Assembly: GCA_002633005.1 (NCBI GenBank)
Contig: NMRA01000569.1
Span: forward strand, 186,001-250,000
Source: Phoronis australis
Lineage: Eukaryota; Animalia; Phoronida
Direction: 5' to 3'
DNA length: 64,000 nucleotides
Shown here piece by piece: positions 42,262 to 61,900 of the stretch. The notes beneath the pieces are model-generated. The model did no database searches, had not been told where the DNA came from, and saw nothing but the letters and a program-made list of their open reading frames with translations. Position 1 is the first letter of the stretch. Each line of letters starts with the position of its first letter. The translations under genes and the position numbers were made by a program.

Positions 42262-42690
42262 AAAATGTCTTGTATCTATGTAGCATACTATCTTGATATT
42301 GAAATGTCCTGTGTCTATGATGTTCATTATCTTGATATTGAAATGTCTTGTAATGTTCAGCATCTTGATATTGAAATGTCTTGTATCTATGATGCTCACT
42401 ATCTTGATATTGAAATGTCTTGTATCTATGATGTTCAGTATCTTGATATTGAAATGTCTTGTATCTATGTAGCTCACTATCTTGATATTGAAATGTCTTG
42501 TATGTATGTAGCTCACTATCTTGATATTGAAATGTCTTGTATCTATGATGTTCAGTATCTTGATATTAAAATGTCTTGTATCTATGTAGCTCACTATCTT
42601 GATATTGAAATGTCCTGTGTCTATGATGTTCATTATCTTGATATTGAAATGTCTTGTATCTATGATGCTCACTATCTTGATATTGAAATT
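42262..42690. repeat. 39-bp minisatellite, ~11 copies
   Basis: Unit tatcttgatattgaaatgtcttgtatctatg(at/ta)g(t/c)tca; explains the repetitive ORFs on both strands. Confidence 0.95.
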
Positions 42691-42958
42691 TTATGTCAAA
42701 ATGTCATGTTAGTTTCAAAGTCTATTCATAGAATGCACCCATTTGAGGGAGTGTCGTGCTTGAGTGTCATTGAGTTAAAGTATGTGTCAATGTTAAAAAA
42801 TGCTTCAATGTAGCCTACGTTTTCATAGCATCTGATCACAAATTTGTTTTATTTCAGTTTATGAACCGCAAATCTGGTATCAACTGGCATTTGTAGACAG
42901 CCTGGTTTCTTGCATATGATATTCAACTGTTTCTACTATGGATTTGTGACTGCTGTGA

Positions 42959-49815
<6,857 letters not shown>

Positions 49816-50903
49816 TAATACATAGGTTTAGTGTGCTGAGATAATACATAAGGTAAGTGTGTTAGGATAATACGTAGGGTAAGTAAGTTGAGCAGACATG
49901 GCAATAAGATGAAGTTAGAGGCACTTAATTTCCTAAAATGTCTTATCTTCAAAGTTTACACGTGATTGGTGTTAATACAATGCAGCTCAGTTTCCTCAGC
50001 GTCTTCTTGTTCATGGTTATTAAAACTTAAATGCTGCTAAGAATGAGAAGCTTATTTTAGGATAAACGGTATGTGTTTTGAGTTCTTTTAAACGAGTGTT
50101 TGTCTTCATCGGTAAAACCCATTTGTGTCAGTAACTTTGATTTGAACTGCAAAGAAATGCCTGTGGTAGTCATACAGATAGATTATTAGAGGTGTATTTG
50201 TGGAGGATTTGTCCACAATAAATGCACCAGTTTTTTATTTTGGTCCTTCTGTTTGGTTGTGAAACATCATTGGGAGCACAGAGATCAATCGAAAATTGTG
50301 AAAAACGGTGTTTATTTGAATTGAAATGCGGTAAGCCATTCAGACCTGTCAGTACTCGGGTAACATCTTAAGTTGCATAGCAAGTAATATACGTGAAAAT
50401 GACGCTGCCAAAAAATCAGCAGAAAATGCTAAGGTGATTTATAGGTCCTGCAAATTGACCCATAGATTTGGGCCCCTGTGGGTCAATAGAGCCATAGCTA
50501 CATTTTGCAATAGGGTATGTAAGCTGTATTTGACAGTTGGCTCTGTATGCTGTGGGAAGTGTTTTCTTTTTGACTGTAAATGTTCACAGATGNTAAAAAT
50601 TGGACAATATTCTTTATTTCTTTTTCTTTGGTGTCAATATTATAGTGGCAGTTGCACATGTTGTTGAAGTTTGTGACAGACATTAAATTGCCAGTTAGTT
50701 TATATCATTCAGATGTTAAATTGAAATGTTATGTTTTCCGTATAATATGCTGGTTGAAGATAGGGTTAACCTCTTATGGGCTGCTCTGGGTCAACTGACA
50801 AAACACATTTAATTGGTTTGTAAGTCTTTTAAGTTATCACAAGAAGCCGATCAAATGTCTTTGTCAAATGAATTGGGTAACTGGGCAACCTGTCAGTTTT
50901 CAC

Positions 50904-51331
50904 TTAAGGTTATGTAGCGCCCTAAAAAAGTTCAAAAATAGCTGTTGAGATGTAACTTTCAAATACTATGCATTATGGACTGGTCTCCAAAGGAATGCTA
51001 GGAATTGGTTTTAAAATGTTTCACTTTTGCACAAGGAGTTGTCAAAAATAGGACTTCTATGGTTTTCATGAAAGAAATTCAAAACTCTCAAAAATAGGAC
51101 TTTCATGGTTTTCATGAAAAAAATTCAAAACTCGCATCAAACAAAATTGAAATGATAAGTGAGGAAACAGCAACAATCTTTTTGAGATTTCATTTTGAGC
51201 AGTTATATCAAATGAAATTTTAACGTGTTATTGATATCGTTATTTTGGTTTCGATGTACCTTTCTTTTCTTTTAAGCTTTAAGTAAAAGTACAATACACA
51301 GATTTGTGGATAAGGCCCTACATAATCTGAA
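50904..51331. mobile_element. TTAA-flanked non-autonomous DNA transposon (Kolobok-like), copy 2
   Basis: ttaaggttatgtag ... ctacataatctgaa termini; shares tattgatatcgtt(a/g)ttttg with copy 1. Confidence 0.5.
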
Positions 51332-52856
51332 GTGGAGGCTTTGTTAACCCATTATTTCTTGTTGTTTAATGGGTAATTACTGAGTGATCACACTGTGTGT
51401 CCATTTTAGGATCATGCAGAACTATTTTGGTATTATTAGTATTTCTTTTTGTTCATTGGACAGCTCTGACAGTCTTTGCAGTCTGAGTAACATTTCATGA
51501 CATTGCAGCCATTTGTTTTCAGTTAAATTTAAATTTTGTAATTGTGTCATTTGTATAGATGTGGCGGCAGTAACTGCATTGTAAATTGAAAAACATCACT
51601 AATTTCAATAGAGTTGGCAAAATAATTATGAAATAAACGAGCAACTAAAAATTACCAGGTGCTGATAATGAAACTATGGAAATTTCCACGAACCAAGAGA
51701 TTGGTGATTCATAGGAGGTAAACGATTGAGTAAACTGAAAATTGTCACAGTTTGCTTTTGTTTGTTTTCATTGATTGTGTTACCCATAGTGTTTGTGTGC
51801 TGGTTGTTTGAATCTAGGACATTGCTTACTGAACATTCACAAATTACATTGTATTGAAAAATCACCTTTTCTGTAGATAACCTCAAGCACTAACTTTAAT
51901 TACTAACATCTAATAGATATAACCATTACAGGCTTGTTTGACATGTCTAGGTAGTTCATTTTCAAGTTATTTTAATCTTGTTTTCACATAACAGTTGGTA
52001 CCCTGATGCTTTTACTAAAAGCTGCATTTTTAGTGCTGTGCTGTGTTGCCGAATCATTTCATATTATTTATGCATGGATATTGTCAAGTCTGGAGAAACT
52101 TTTTACAAAGATTTTGAACAGTTTGATTGTTAGTTAATACGTCAAATAATTTTGCTGATAAAAAACATTCTAAAAAGTTAATGTTCTGGGTATTTTACCA
52201 ATAAGTGTTTAACTTTCTGCTCCACCAGGTGGTAGAATATGAACACGAATACCAAAATGTTGCCAAACAAGGTATTCTGAAACATTTTAATCCAGTATAA
52301 TACAAATATAATGAGAAAATTATAAATTATTAAATATAGTAAAGGCATATCGTATAAAATGAACAGTCATTTGCAGACTTGTTTATTTTTGTGACATCGC
52401 ACAAGGCAAGAACAAACTATGCTTTAATGGATTTTTGTTTACATTTTGATTTAATTTGAAATTTGTAATAAAAATTAGTTGAGTTTGAGTGTTTAAGTAT
52501 TAGTTTATGCAGTTAGCGGTTTTATTTACTCTCAGTAGATTACATGGATTCATACACCAAGTGACACCAACATTTGGTTTTAAACCCCAGTTCTGATAAA
52601 CACTACCTGAACGGCATAGTTCAATCTGTCAAAGTTGTTTGATCCGTCACTCGTGTTTGATACCGAATTGTAAAGTACAATGTGGTGGTTTATGTTCATT
52701 ATGAATTTACTGTATTGATTATTCGGAATGCTTTATTTCACATTGTTATTTTTGGGCCTTTTTTCGTGTCTTAAAGCAGTTATAAGCCTGCATTCCTTCA
52801 AAGAAACTAACTTTTGACTTAGATCAGTGCAAAGAACTTTCTGTTTTTGTTCGAGA

Positions 52857-53092
52857 GCAACTTGTGGAGCCAATCTTGACCAACTTGTAGAGCCGGTCTT
52901 AACCAACTTGTGGAGCCAGTCTTGACCAACTTTTGAAGCCGGTCTTGACCAACTTGTGGAGCCAGTCTTGACCAACTTGTGGAGCCGGTCTTGACCAACT
53001 TGTAGAGCCGATCTTGACCAACTTGTGGAGCCGATTTTGACCAACTTGTGGAGCCGATCTTGATCAACTTATAGAGCCGGTCTTGACCAACT
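52857..53092. repeat. 23-bp minisatellite, ~10 copies
   Basis: Unit ccaacttgtggagccggtcttga. Confidence 0.95.
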
Positions 53093-53360
53093 AATAGAGT
53101 CAGCTCTTGAACAATAACCATCTACCAGTTCTTTACAAGCCCAGAACACATGTATTTTGACTAAGGAACAATTTGAGACCAAGTTTATGATGGTAACTGG
53201 TCTAAATCAAAAGTTGGTTTTTGTGACGCCAGGCAGGTTTAGAGGCACTTATAAGTTTTTATTTTTGTTTGTTGTATGTTATGAATAATGTCAAGAATGA
53301 AGTTCTCTCGGAGTCTTTCAAGGGTTGCTAAAAGCTACTTTTTATTTTCCATGTTAACAG

Positions 53361-53404
53361 ACAGTATGGGTGGACCTGCTGCCAAGCCAAGTGGTCGTCG
53401 ATGA
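53361..53404 (+). CDS. JNK: Probable terminal coding exon of JNK (DSMGGPAAKPSGRR*) followed by 3' UTR
   Basis: Acceptor ttttccatgttaacag, phase-1 start, stop at 53402-53404, AATAAA near 53953. A possible penultimate exon lies at ~52229-52271 (VVEYEHEYQNVAKQ, phase-1 donor). Weak homology. Confidence 0.45.
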
Positions 53405-55912
53405 TGAGAATGCCTCTCACTAACCCATTATTCCTGCATGTGAAACGTGGACAACCTGATACAACTGCGGTCCCAACTGACAGCTCTTGCTGCATGCAGT
53501 TTTAACTCGAGATTTTCCTGTAAAAATAGGAGGCTATTTCTGTATTTGTCTCGGATAGCACTGCCGTTTTAGTGGGTGTTACCAGGGAAAGTAAAACATT
53601 TGATTTTCCCTGTTGTGACTGTGAAGTAGGTAGAAACCTCAACCACATGACCAAAATGTCTTTGAATAGTTAGTTTGGATTTTCTGTGTTCAATTCTCGT
53701 CAAATGTGGTCATAAGACCAGCCTTCGTGTTGTGCAAAAGCACAGCCTCATTACAGCCAACACCGTTCACGTAACCATGTGCAGCACCTGTACTTTTAAG
53801 AGTATTCTATCATTGTTGTGATCATTGTAAAGAGTTAGTCATACACCTGTAGTTTTTGAAAATATTTTGTTCGTGAAAACAGAACCTACCTCGGCCAAAA
53901 CATCTAGTTACTATTGAAATACTTCTAGAGTAACTTTTCAGCTACTTCTGTTAATAAAAACCTTTTTTATTCTGAACTGGACATACTCTTAATTTGAATC
54001 ATTTGGTTTAATGTATAGTTATTGGTTTTAAAGTTTAACTTTTTCATTCAAAATTTTAATTTTAACCAAAAACGTGTCTATGCAATGACAGTTTATCATG
54101 ATAAAATTCCTATTGCTGTTTGAAGATTTTGTTAACCCAGCGAGTTACTGGCATCTGGTTATTTGAGTGTTACTTTGGTTTGATGCAACATGTAATTTCT
54201 GTTTGCTTTGTTTTATGTATATATTGTAAAGTTATTGTGTAAAGTACATGAAAAAGCTTTGTTAGAAAATTAAATCTATATAATGCCAAACATGAAGTCC
54301 TTTAAAATGGCCCATTGCAAAGATTCTTTGCTTCTGGCTGGACTTAGTCAAGACATGCTAATGCTGTGTGCAAAGCTTAACCTGAGCCATTATGTAGGTT
54401 GGTAATGTAGGTTGGTAATGGGTTTTTTGATTTTGCTTTGGTCGATACAGCTCACGCCAAAAATTACTGACAAAATATAATTTCCGTCAGACCGGTCATT
54501 TTAGGTGATGTGATGAATTATGCTTGCACTCATCTGTCATGACGGGGTGTTCCGGGTCATAGTGTCAGAGTATTAATGGCACGCATTGCAAACACAAAAG
54601 AAGACGCAGAGGTGCATTACGATCATCAATGCGGATAATTCTGCATGAACGTCTTCAGCCAATCACAATTATACAGACACAATCTTAAACTTTATGTCAT
54701 GGCATGTATGCATTTGGTGACTCAATTTCTTGACTTAACACAGTAGCCATCTTACATAAGTCACAACAGGAAAATATTAATGGCTTCCTGATCACAGCAA
54801 AATAGTTTTAGTGTCATTTGAATCTTTGGTGCTAATGCCAGTTGCAGTATCATGGCAGTTTCTCTTGCACTAGGTTTACACTAGTGGTGTAAACACCAGC
54901 ACTTCTTAGCCACAGAAACAAACTGTCAGCGTAGGGGTTTATTTACGCCAGTAGTTTTTGTTTCCTCAAAACAAGAGTTGCCATTAAGCAAAATTCTGAT
55001 GTTGAAGCATATCCACTCTACCATAAACTGATAGAATGCGACAATTATCAAAACCTGGCTAGAAAAGTGCAAGTGAAAACATATCCAGCAAAGCGCTGGC
55101 AAAAGTGTCGCCAGTAAGTGTTTACATAACTGGCGTAGTCGTTACTAGCAAAAGTGCTCTTAAAAACACTGTTTTAGTCATTTTGTGACCGGGGTTTCAC
55201 GAACATAAACATATTGGTATCATGATCATAGAATAAGTTAAAATGGGTTCTAGACGTTTTTGGCAGTATAAACAAGAACAGTTCATGTTTTCAAAACACC
55301 AACAAGTTAATTCCATTGAATTTGCTTTATTTGACTTTTAAACACAAGTGGAAGCTTGAATGTCATTTTCAGAAACTGAAATTTTGCACACATAAGATTT
55401 GTTTGTAAACTGATGTCAATAATTTTGCAGTAATTTGTGGAACATGTGCATAACACAAAGACATAGATATGGAGAGAAGACGTGATTTCAAAATGACTCA
55501 AAATACACACTGGGGAAGAAAGAGTGCAAGTTGAGGATAGTTTCTCCATTCTCTAAGCACTGCTTAAATATCCCTTACACAGCAACAGTAACATAAACTG
55601 ACTGGAAGACTTCAACAACCAACTGAATGCAATAAATCATTACACCATAAAAACATAATGCGCAATGCAAGTAAACACTCCCGACCTGTGGTTAAAAATA
55701 ATTACTGACCCTCAGTCACTGATCACGAGTGCTCTCAAATGAATCCAACAAAAGCATTAATAAAAGCTAAACATGATGTATGGTGGTACAGCTTGAGGAC
55801 ATGTAACCATTGACAAGTCTTTAATATCTGCTGTGGATCACACAGATGACCATTTTTAAAAGACACCTCAACCTTAACTACCACAGCACGAATATTTTTA
55901 TGTTAACAGATG

Positions 55913-58900
55913 TTAAAACACTCTGTGTGCACACTGTAGGATGCAGTTAATAACTTGGTCATGATACTTTCTCGTTGGTGAGCCAATGTCCAGGCAGATA
56001 TCAACGTGTCCACAACCAGGAAGGACTTTGAAATCTATTGGCTGTTCTGGAAGATTCCTATGAACTGTGTCCACAAAGAGCGTGCTGGAGGTTATTGGCA
56101 CTATGCTGTCATTGGTTCCATGGAGCAACACGATGTGGGGAAGGCTGCAATTAGAACAACACACGCTATTTTGTCTTATGCCCAAGTAAACTTTCAATTT
56201 CAAAGCTTCAAATTGCTCGTTTGGTCAACCTAAAAGAAAGGCAATGTGCATTTTATTACCTTTAACGCAGAACATCAGTGTAAAAATCAAAACAAATCGT
56301 TTTTTTATTGACAGAAATTTGCTTAGAAACAGGAGCACATCCAGGATTTTGAGTTAAGGGGGGGCAGGTCAGAGTATTAGCCAGGATTTTGCCCATTAGA
56401 CATTCGCACTCCCCGAAGTGCCAAATGGAATATGGGAGAATTTTATGGGGGCCATGGCCCCCCACCTAAATCTGCCTCTGAGAAATTCTTCAACATTTAC
56501 TAAGTCACCACAGCAAAAACCCACCTCCTACTCATCAGGAAGCACCACGGCTAGTTTTGTTTGAAACTCATTTTGGGTGTCTGTGTCAATGTTTAACATT
56601 AGTTTATGCTTCAAAAGGCAACAAACTAGGCCACAGAACCTAAACATGGTAGCAAAAGGATAAAACAGGCTTTGCAGGTGTTCATTTACTGCTGCAAGGG
56701 ATAATGTTTCTTTTGTAATCACATAACACAATATTTTTCACTCGTAAGAAAAATCATTTCCAAATTCAACATGCACTGAGTACAGTAACTTCAGAGAATA
56801 AACCGGTATTTGGTATGTCTTGTTTTTACATAGAATTACTTGTCAAACAAAAATGCACATCCAGTTATTAAGTTCATGTCGCAATCTTACCAAGAGTTGC
56901 TTGGCAAATCTTGAACAATTTGAACAGGTGAGAACCTGTGGAAGTGCTCCGGACCGTATGAGCACCGGCCCAGGGCTTTGATGTCTTCAATGCCTTGCTC
57001 GTAATAATAGTGGTATTGCTCACCCACGTCATAAACACCTGCAATACCTAACAAAAGCAAAACACAAACGTACACAACAACAAAACTTAACACAAATATG
57101 GGCATCTCAAAGGGCCAGCGTTACAGGGTAGACTAATGGCCAAGGATGAGGCTAACACTGTCATGGCAACACCATCGGACAATGGTCGATTTTCAGTAAC
57201 ATACTGTACCAGTGCCTGACAAGAATTGGTTTTTGCTCGATCCTTTGTGTACTGTAGATTGTCAATTGAGAACAAATTTGAATTGACAAGAGTACAGTAC
57301 AGAGAGTAGACACAGGGTACTCCTCTAAAATATGCACGACACTGGCCTGTTGACATTATGTGCCCGCACAACTTCCAGGTAACGGTTACCTTGCATTTCT
57401 AGGTAGGTCTTGCACAGTGATGGTAGGTGAATAGCGATTAAAGCATGTTGGTCCATGCATGGCTCTGGACATACCAGAGAGATCCTCCACACACCGCATA
57501 TACTCGTGCTGGTAATGCTGACCAATATTATACACTCCTGCAAGACCTTCGAATGGACACCAACAAGTTAGGGCTGCTAGCACAAAACTTTAAAATAAAC
57601 GGTATGTTATAGGTTTGAGTATGCTTGAGATGTTTTCAACAGTGGCCAGGTATCCAATAGAAATCAACAAAAGAAGCAGTGGCAAGGTCAGATAAAGGTC
57701 AATTTGGTCCTCACGCAAGTCTTCACAAACACATACCTATCATTAATCATGCTTTCACAAACTGCTTACAAGAATACCCAACCAGATTACTCTTAATGTG
57801 GGTAATTGGTAGATGCCCAGATTATATAACTATTAAGAAAAAGGACAACAATATCCGCTAAATTCTAAATATTTAAAAACATAATAAATCACAGTACATA
57901 CTTAAGAAAAAACAACAATGAACTCTACTGCAAAAAATACTAAATAAAAGAAATGATTAATTTCATCATCCATCCCTACCTATGACAGCACGAATAGACT
58001 GCATCATACAAGCCACATGTGAGCGTGGTCTGTAGTCAGACACTGACTCGGTGGTCTCCCCATTTTCTTCTGCCTCCTTTCCACCATTGAGTTCAACCAC
58101 TTGGACACTGCTACCACTACTGTCAGACAACAGTGGCTGCTGATTACCACTACTGGTTGGCTCCATATTATCACCGGTCGGTTGGGTGATAACATTCAGA
58201 GGAGCTGGAGCTGTGATGACATTAAACCCCTGCAGACTGGCACCAAGACTTGCTTCCAATAATTCGTTATTAAGGCTCTGTGTATTCTGACTTTCACTCA
58301 ACACCACNTACTTCTAGTGTTTGACACTTACCTTTATTGTATTTGATGATTTGATTGTAACAAGGGCTGGAGGCCTAGTTATTGAATAAATATATATATA
58401 TATATGTATACCTATTATTAATCATGCTTTCACAAACTGCTTACAAGAATATCCAACCAGATTACTCTTAATGTGGGTAATTGGTAGACGCCCAGATCAT
58501 ATAACTATTAAGAAAAAGGACAACAATATCCGCTAAATTCTAAATATTTAAAAACAAAATAAACCACAGTACAAACTTAAGAAAAAACAACAATGAACTC
58601 TACTTCAAAAAATACTAAATAAAAGAAATGATTAATTTCATCATCCATCCCTACCTATGACAGCACGAATAGACTGCATCATACAAGCCACATGTGAGCG
58701 TGGTCTGTAGTCAGACACTGACTCGGTGGTCTCCCCATGTTCTTCTGCCTCCTTTCCACCATTGAGTTCAACCACTTGGACACTGCTACCACTACTGTCA
58801 GACAACAGTGGCTGCTGATTACCACTACTGGTTGGCTCCATATTATCACCGGTCGGTTGGGTGATAACATTCAGAGGAGCTGGAGCTGTGATGACATTAA

Positions 58901-61900
58901 ACCCCTGCAGACTGGCACCAAGACTTGCTTCCAATAATTCGTTATTAAGGCTCTGTGTATTCTGACTTTCACTCAACACCACAAAGGATTCTGAACCAGA
59001 CCCATGGCGTCCAGCGTCATTGGCATTGCCGCCCTCATAGTGATGTTCATCAAAAACAAAGGGGTCGCTAAGGTGGGGTGACACTGACTTGGGAGTATGT
59101 CTAGGAGTGACTGATCTTGGAGTCACCCGGCGCAGGAATACATCATGGAGTTCAGCGGGTAACTGTTTGTACAACTCCAACACAGCCATGATGCATAGGT
59201 GGGCCCCAGCAGAGTGGCCTATCAACATGATATGATCCTGAAGTAGAAATGTGGATAACAATGCCAAAGTACATAATTATATTTGTATTCAATAACGACT
59301 GCAACACAATTTAACATTTTTATTCATTTTTCAAACTATCATTAGTTCATTAAATATCAAGCTTTCTAAATCAGAATACTACAGCAAGGATTCAGTATCT
59401 TCAGCATGAAAACATAAAATACTCCTATGACAACACATTTCAATACTTAGTTTTAGTCGAACTTCAACATTTTCCAGGCAAATAAAAATTTACAATAAAG
59501 TTACAAAAAGCAACACCATTGTTGCTATCCAAGGGTGTATCATGATACTGAGGAGATATAGGTGACAATGACTGACAAAGTTTTGTCCATTCATCATGTA
59601 TTAACCATTTAGTATTATCTTCATAGTTATTTCAAACCTTATTTAGTGGCCTCCATTCTAAATCGTATATCAAAAAACCAGGCTTTGTCAACTAGCAACT
59701 AGTAAAAGTATATAAAATTATTTTCTGAAAGAAAAAAGATCAGGGATTACAAAAAATATGTTATAAATTTTGTGCCATTATTTTTATTACATTACCACTT
59801 TTTAAGTCAAAAATTCATTTTTAAGAAAGGTACATTCATACCAAAATAACCCCTCACACGATTTTAATGAGACCTTTTTTAAATGAAAACTTCACCAGTT
59901 ACCTCAAAAAACAGGAATTTTTGATTGGACTTTAGTTTGGTTCCAATGGCAAATCAACTCTTACAACGTAATGTACTTTAGTAAAAATAGCAGTCGTATT
60001 TGTCTTTCAACATTCACTCACAATGGCAACTGAATTTGCAGTGCATAATTAATTTAATTATCGCTAAAACATTTCATTTTCTGGTCATCTCCAGTCAGAG
60101 CAGGCTCAACTGTTGACCTACTTAAAAGTACGTCAACGGTTCATTGTTATACACACTATGAGCCAGGAGACTGATAAGAAACCATGTACAATATGGACAA
60201 CAGAAATCGGGTCTGTGGTTAAAGCTTATCATGAGCATGAGATCGAAACAGCGAAATGTCAAAATACCTGAATTAAGGAATTTGGGTGAGGATTTATATC
60301 TTTTCACAACTTGCTGTGTTTGTGAACACAAAGTCACAGAGGCATGCAGAAACTCGGAGCATTCGTTCTCAACAGTCGTATGCATAAAGACGAACATCTC
60401 CCTCAAGCATCAAAACTAGGTTTTGTTTTCATTTTCCCCGGCATCTTTCTAGCATATGTAAACCTTGTTGACTCAATATTATGGTGAGTGACAGCCCTTT
60501 AACCCTTGACCTCGGATAAGTTGTAAACAAATTTCCATGCGGTTGTGGGGTTCCAAGGTGGCTCTTCTAAAAAACGGCCAATTTTTGCAAAGAAGGTTTG
60601 AGATATCCTTAATACCCATGTGTAACCAAGATAAAGCAATCACTACAAGGCATACTTCTATAAGTTATTGCAGAGAACCATGTCGTGTCCAATGAAGTGG
60701 AATTTTTGTTAGAAAACCTACCCCCTTTCCTCCATACTGATCAATATTGTCATGTATCCAAGCTACACAGTCCACTACATCCTGTATCATGTCATCCACA
60801 TAGCCCTGTGATGATAAAAACACAACTTTCGCAAATGTGTTCAAATGACATAGCAAGGAAATAAGAAATAGAAAGCAATGTTAAGCATTGAAATGGTTAT
60901 TAGTATCATTAAAAGGGCCACTAGGTGGCGCACAATACGTCAGAGCTTTCTGAAAATGGAAAGTTGTAGTCATCTCGTTAACAGAAAAAAATATTTCCCG
61001 AATTTCATGAAAACCTATCAAGGATCTCCAAAGCTAGAGACAAACAAACAAACAAAATCATATTGAACAGCTTATTATTTAAAATGGCTTATTCTTATTA
61101 AAATGACATAGGCCTCGCTTTTGAGGTCCGAAATTCAATTTTTTGCCTATGTCATTTTAATAAGAATAAGTCATTTTAAATAATAAGCTGTTTTTGCCTT
61201 TACTAAGGAGTCGCACTGGTAGTCAGATCCGTCCACAAGAAGACATCATATGCTCTGAAGTTCATACGAATAAATTTGCCAAACTTTGCAAAGATCCTAC
61301 AACAGGTTTATACAGCAGCAGCAGATGTAACAAAAGATGTCAATAGGAGGCACCACTAGTCCGAAAATCAATGTCAGTCATGCTCAGAAGAAACACATCT
61401 GCCAATTTTCATAACGATCCCAGAGCAGTTTGACGAATACGGAGACAGACGACAGAAATAAGACTGACTCAAAAATAATAAAAAATACCACAAGGTGGCC
61501 CACAATCAGTCAAATCTATCAAAAAATTGAAAGTTGCTATTATATCAATAACAGAAACCTATTTACCAAAAAATATGAAAAACCGTAGAGGTACTCTAAA
61601 GACAAAGGCAAACATTAAAAACTAAAATTGCCACAAGGGGCACATCAGTGGTCACATTATCCAAAAGTTGTCGTCCATATAAAAAAATAATTGCTGGCGG
61701 TCTCGTACACGTAGTACCAGATGTGCGCAGGCCGCGCATGTGGGCCAATTGCACTGATCACCTAAAACTATTTTTGTGCTTTATTAATATATTGTTAAAA
61801 CTGAGCTGAGGAGCTAGAAACCTGACTCAAGGGTTTAGCAGTGCGGCCCAGTGGGACTCGAACCCACGACCTCAAGTAAAGAAGGCGGGCACCTATCACA

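Noticed and set aside
42241-42813. Long repetitive ORFs on both strands; CRISPR-like periodicity
   Set aside because: 39-bp minisatellite (multiple of 3) with no unique spacers, no cas genes, in a eukaryotic intron.
52733-53121. Repetitive ORFs on the minus strand
   Set aside because: Produced by the 23-bp minisatellite.
56145-56231. Alternative acceptor at 56230 for the last hydrolase exon
   Set aside because: Gives a stop within about 7 codons; the acceptor at 56145 restores the HGTND and His motifs.
57966-58307. Apparent second duplicated exon in the hydrolase
   Set aside because: Near-identical including intron sequence, truncated exactly at the n (58308) and lacking an acceptor: typical haplotype overlap at an assembly gap.
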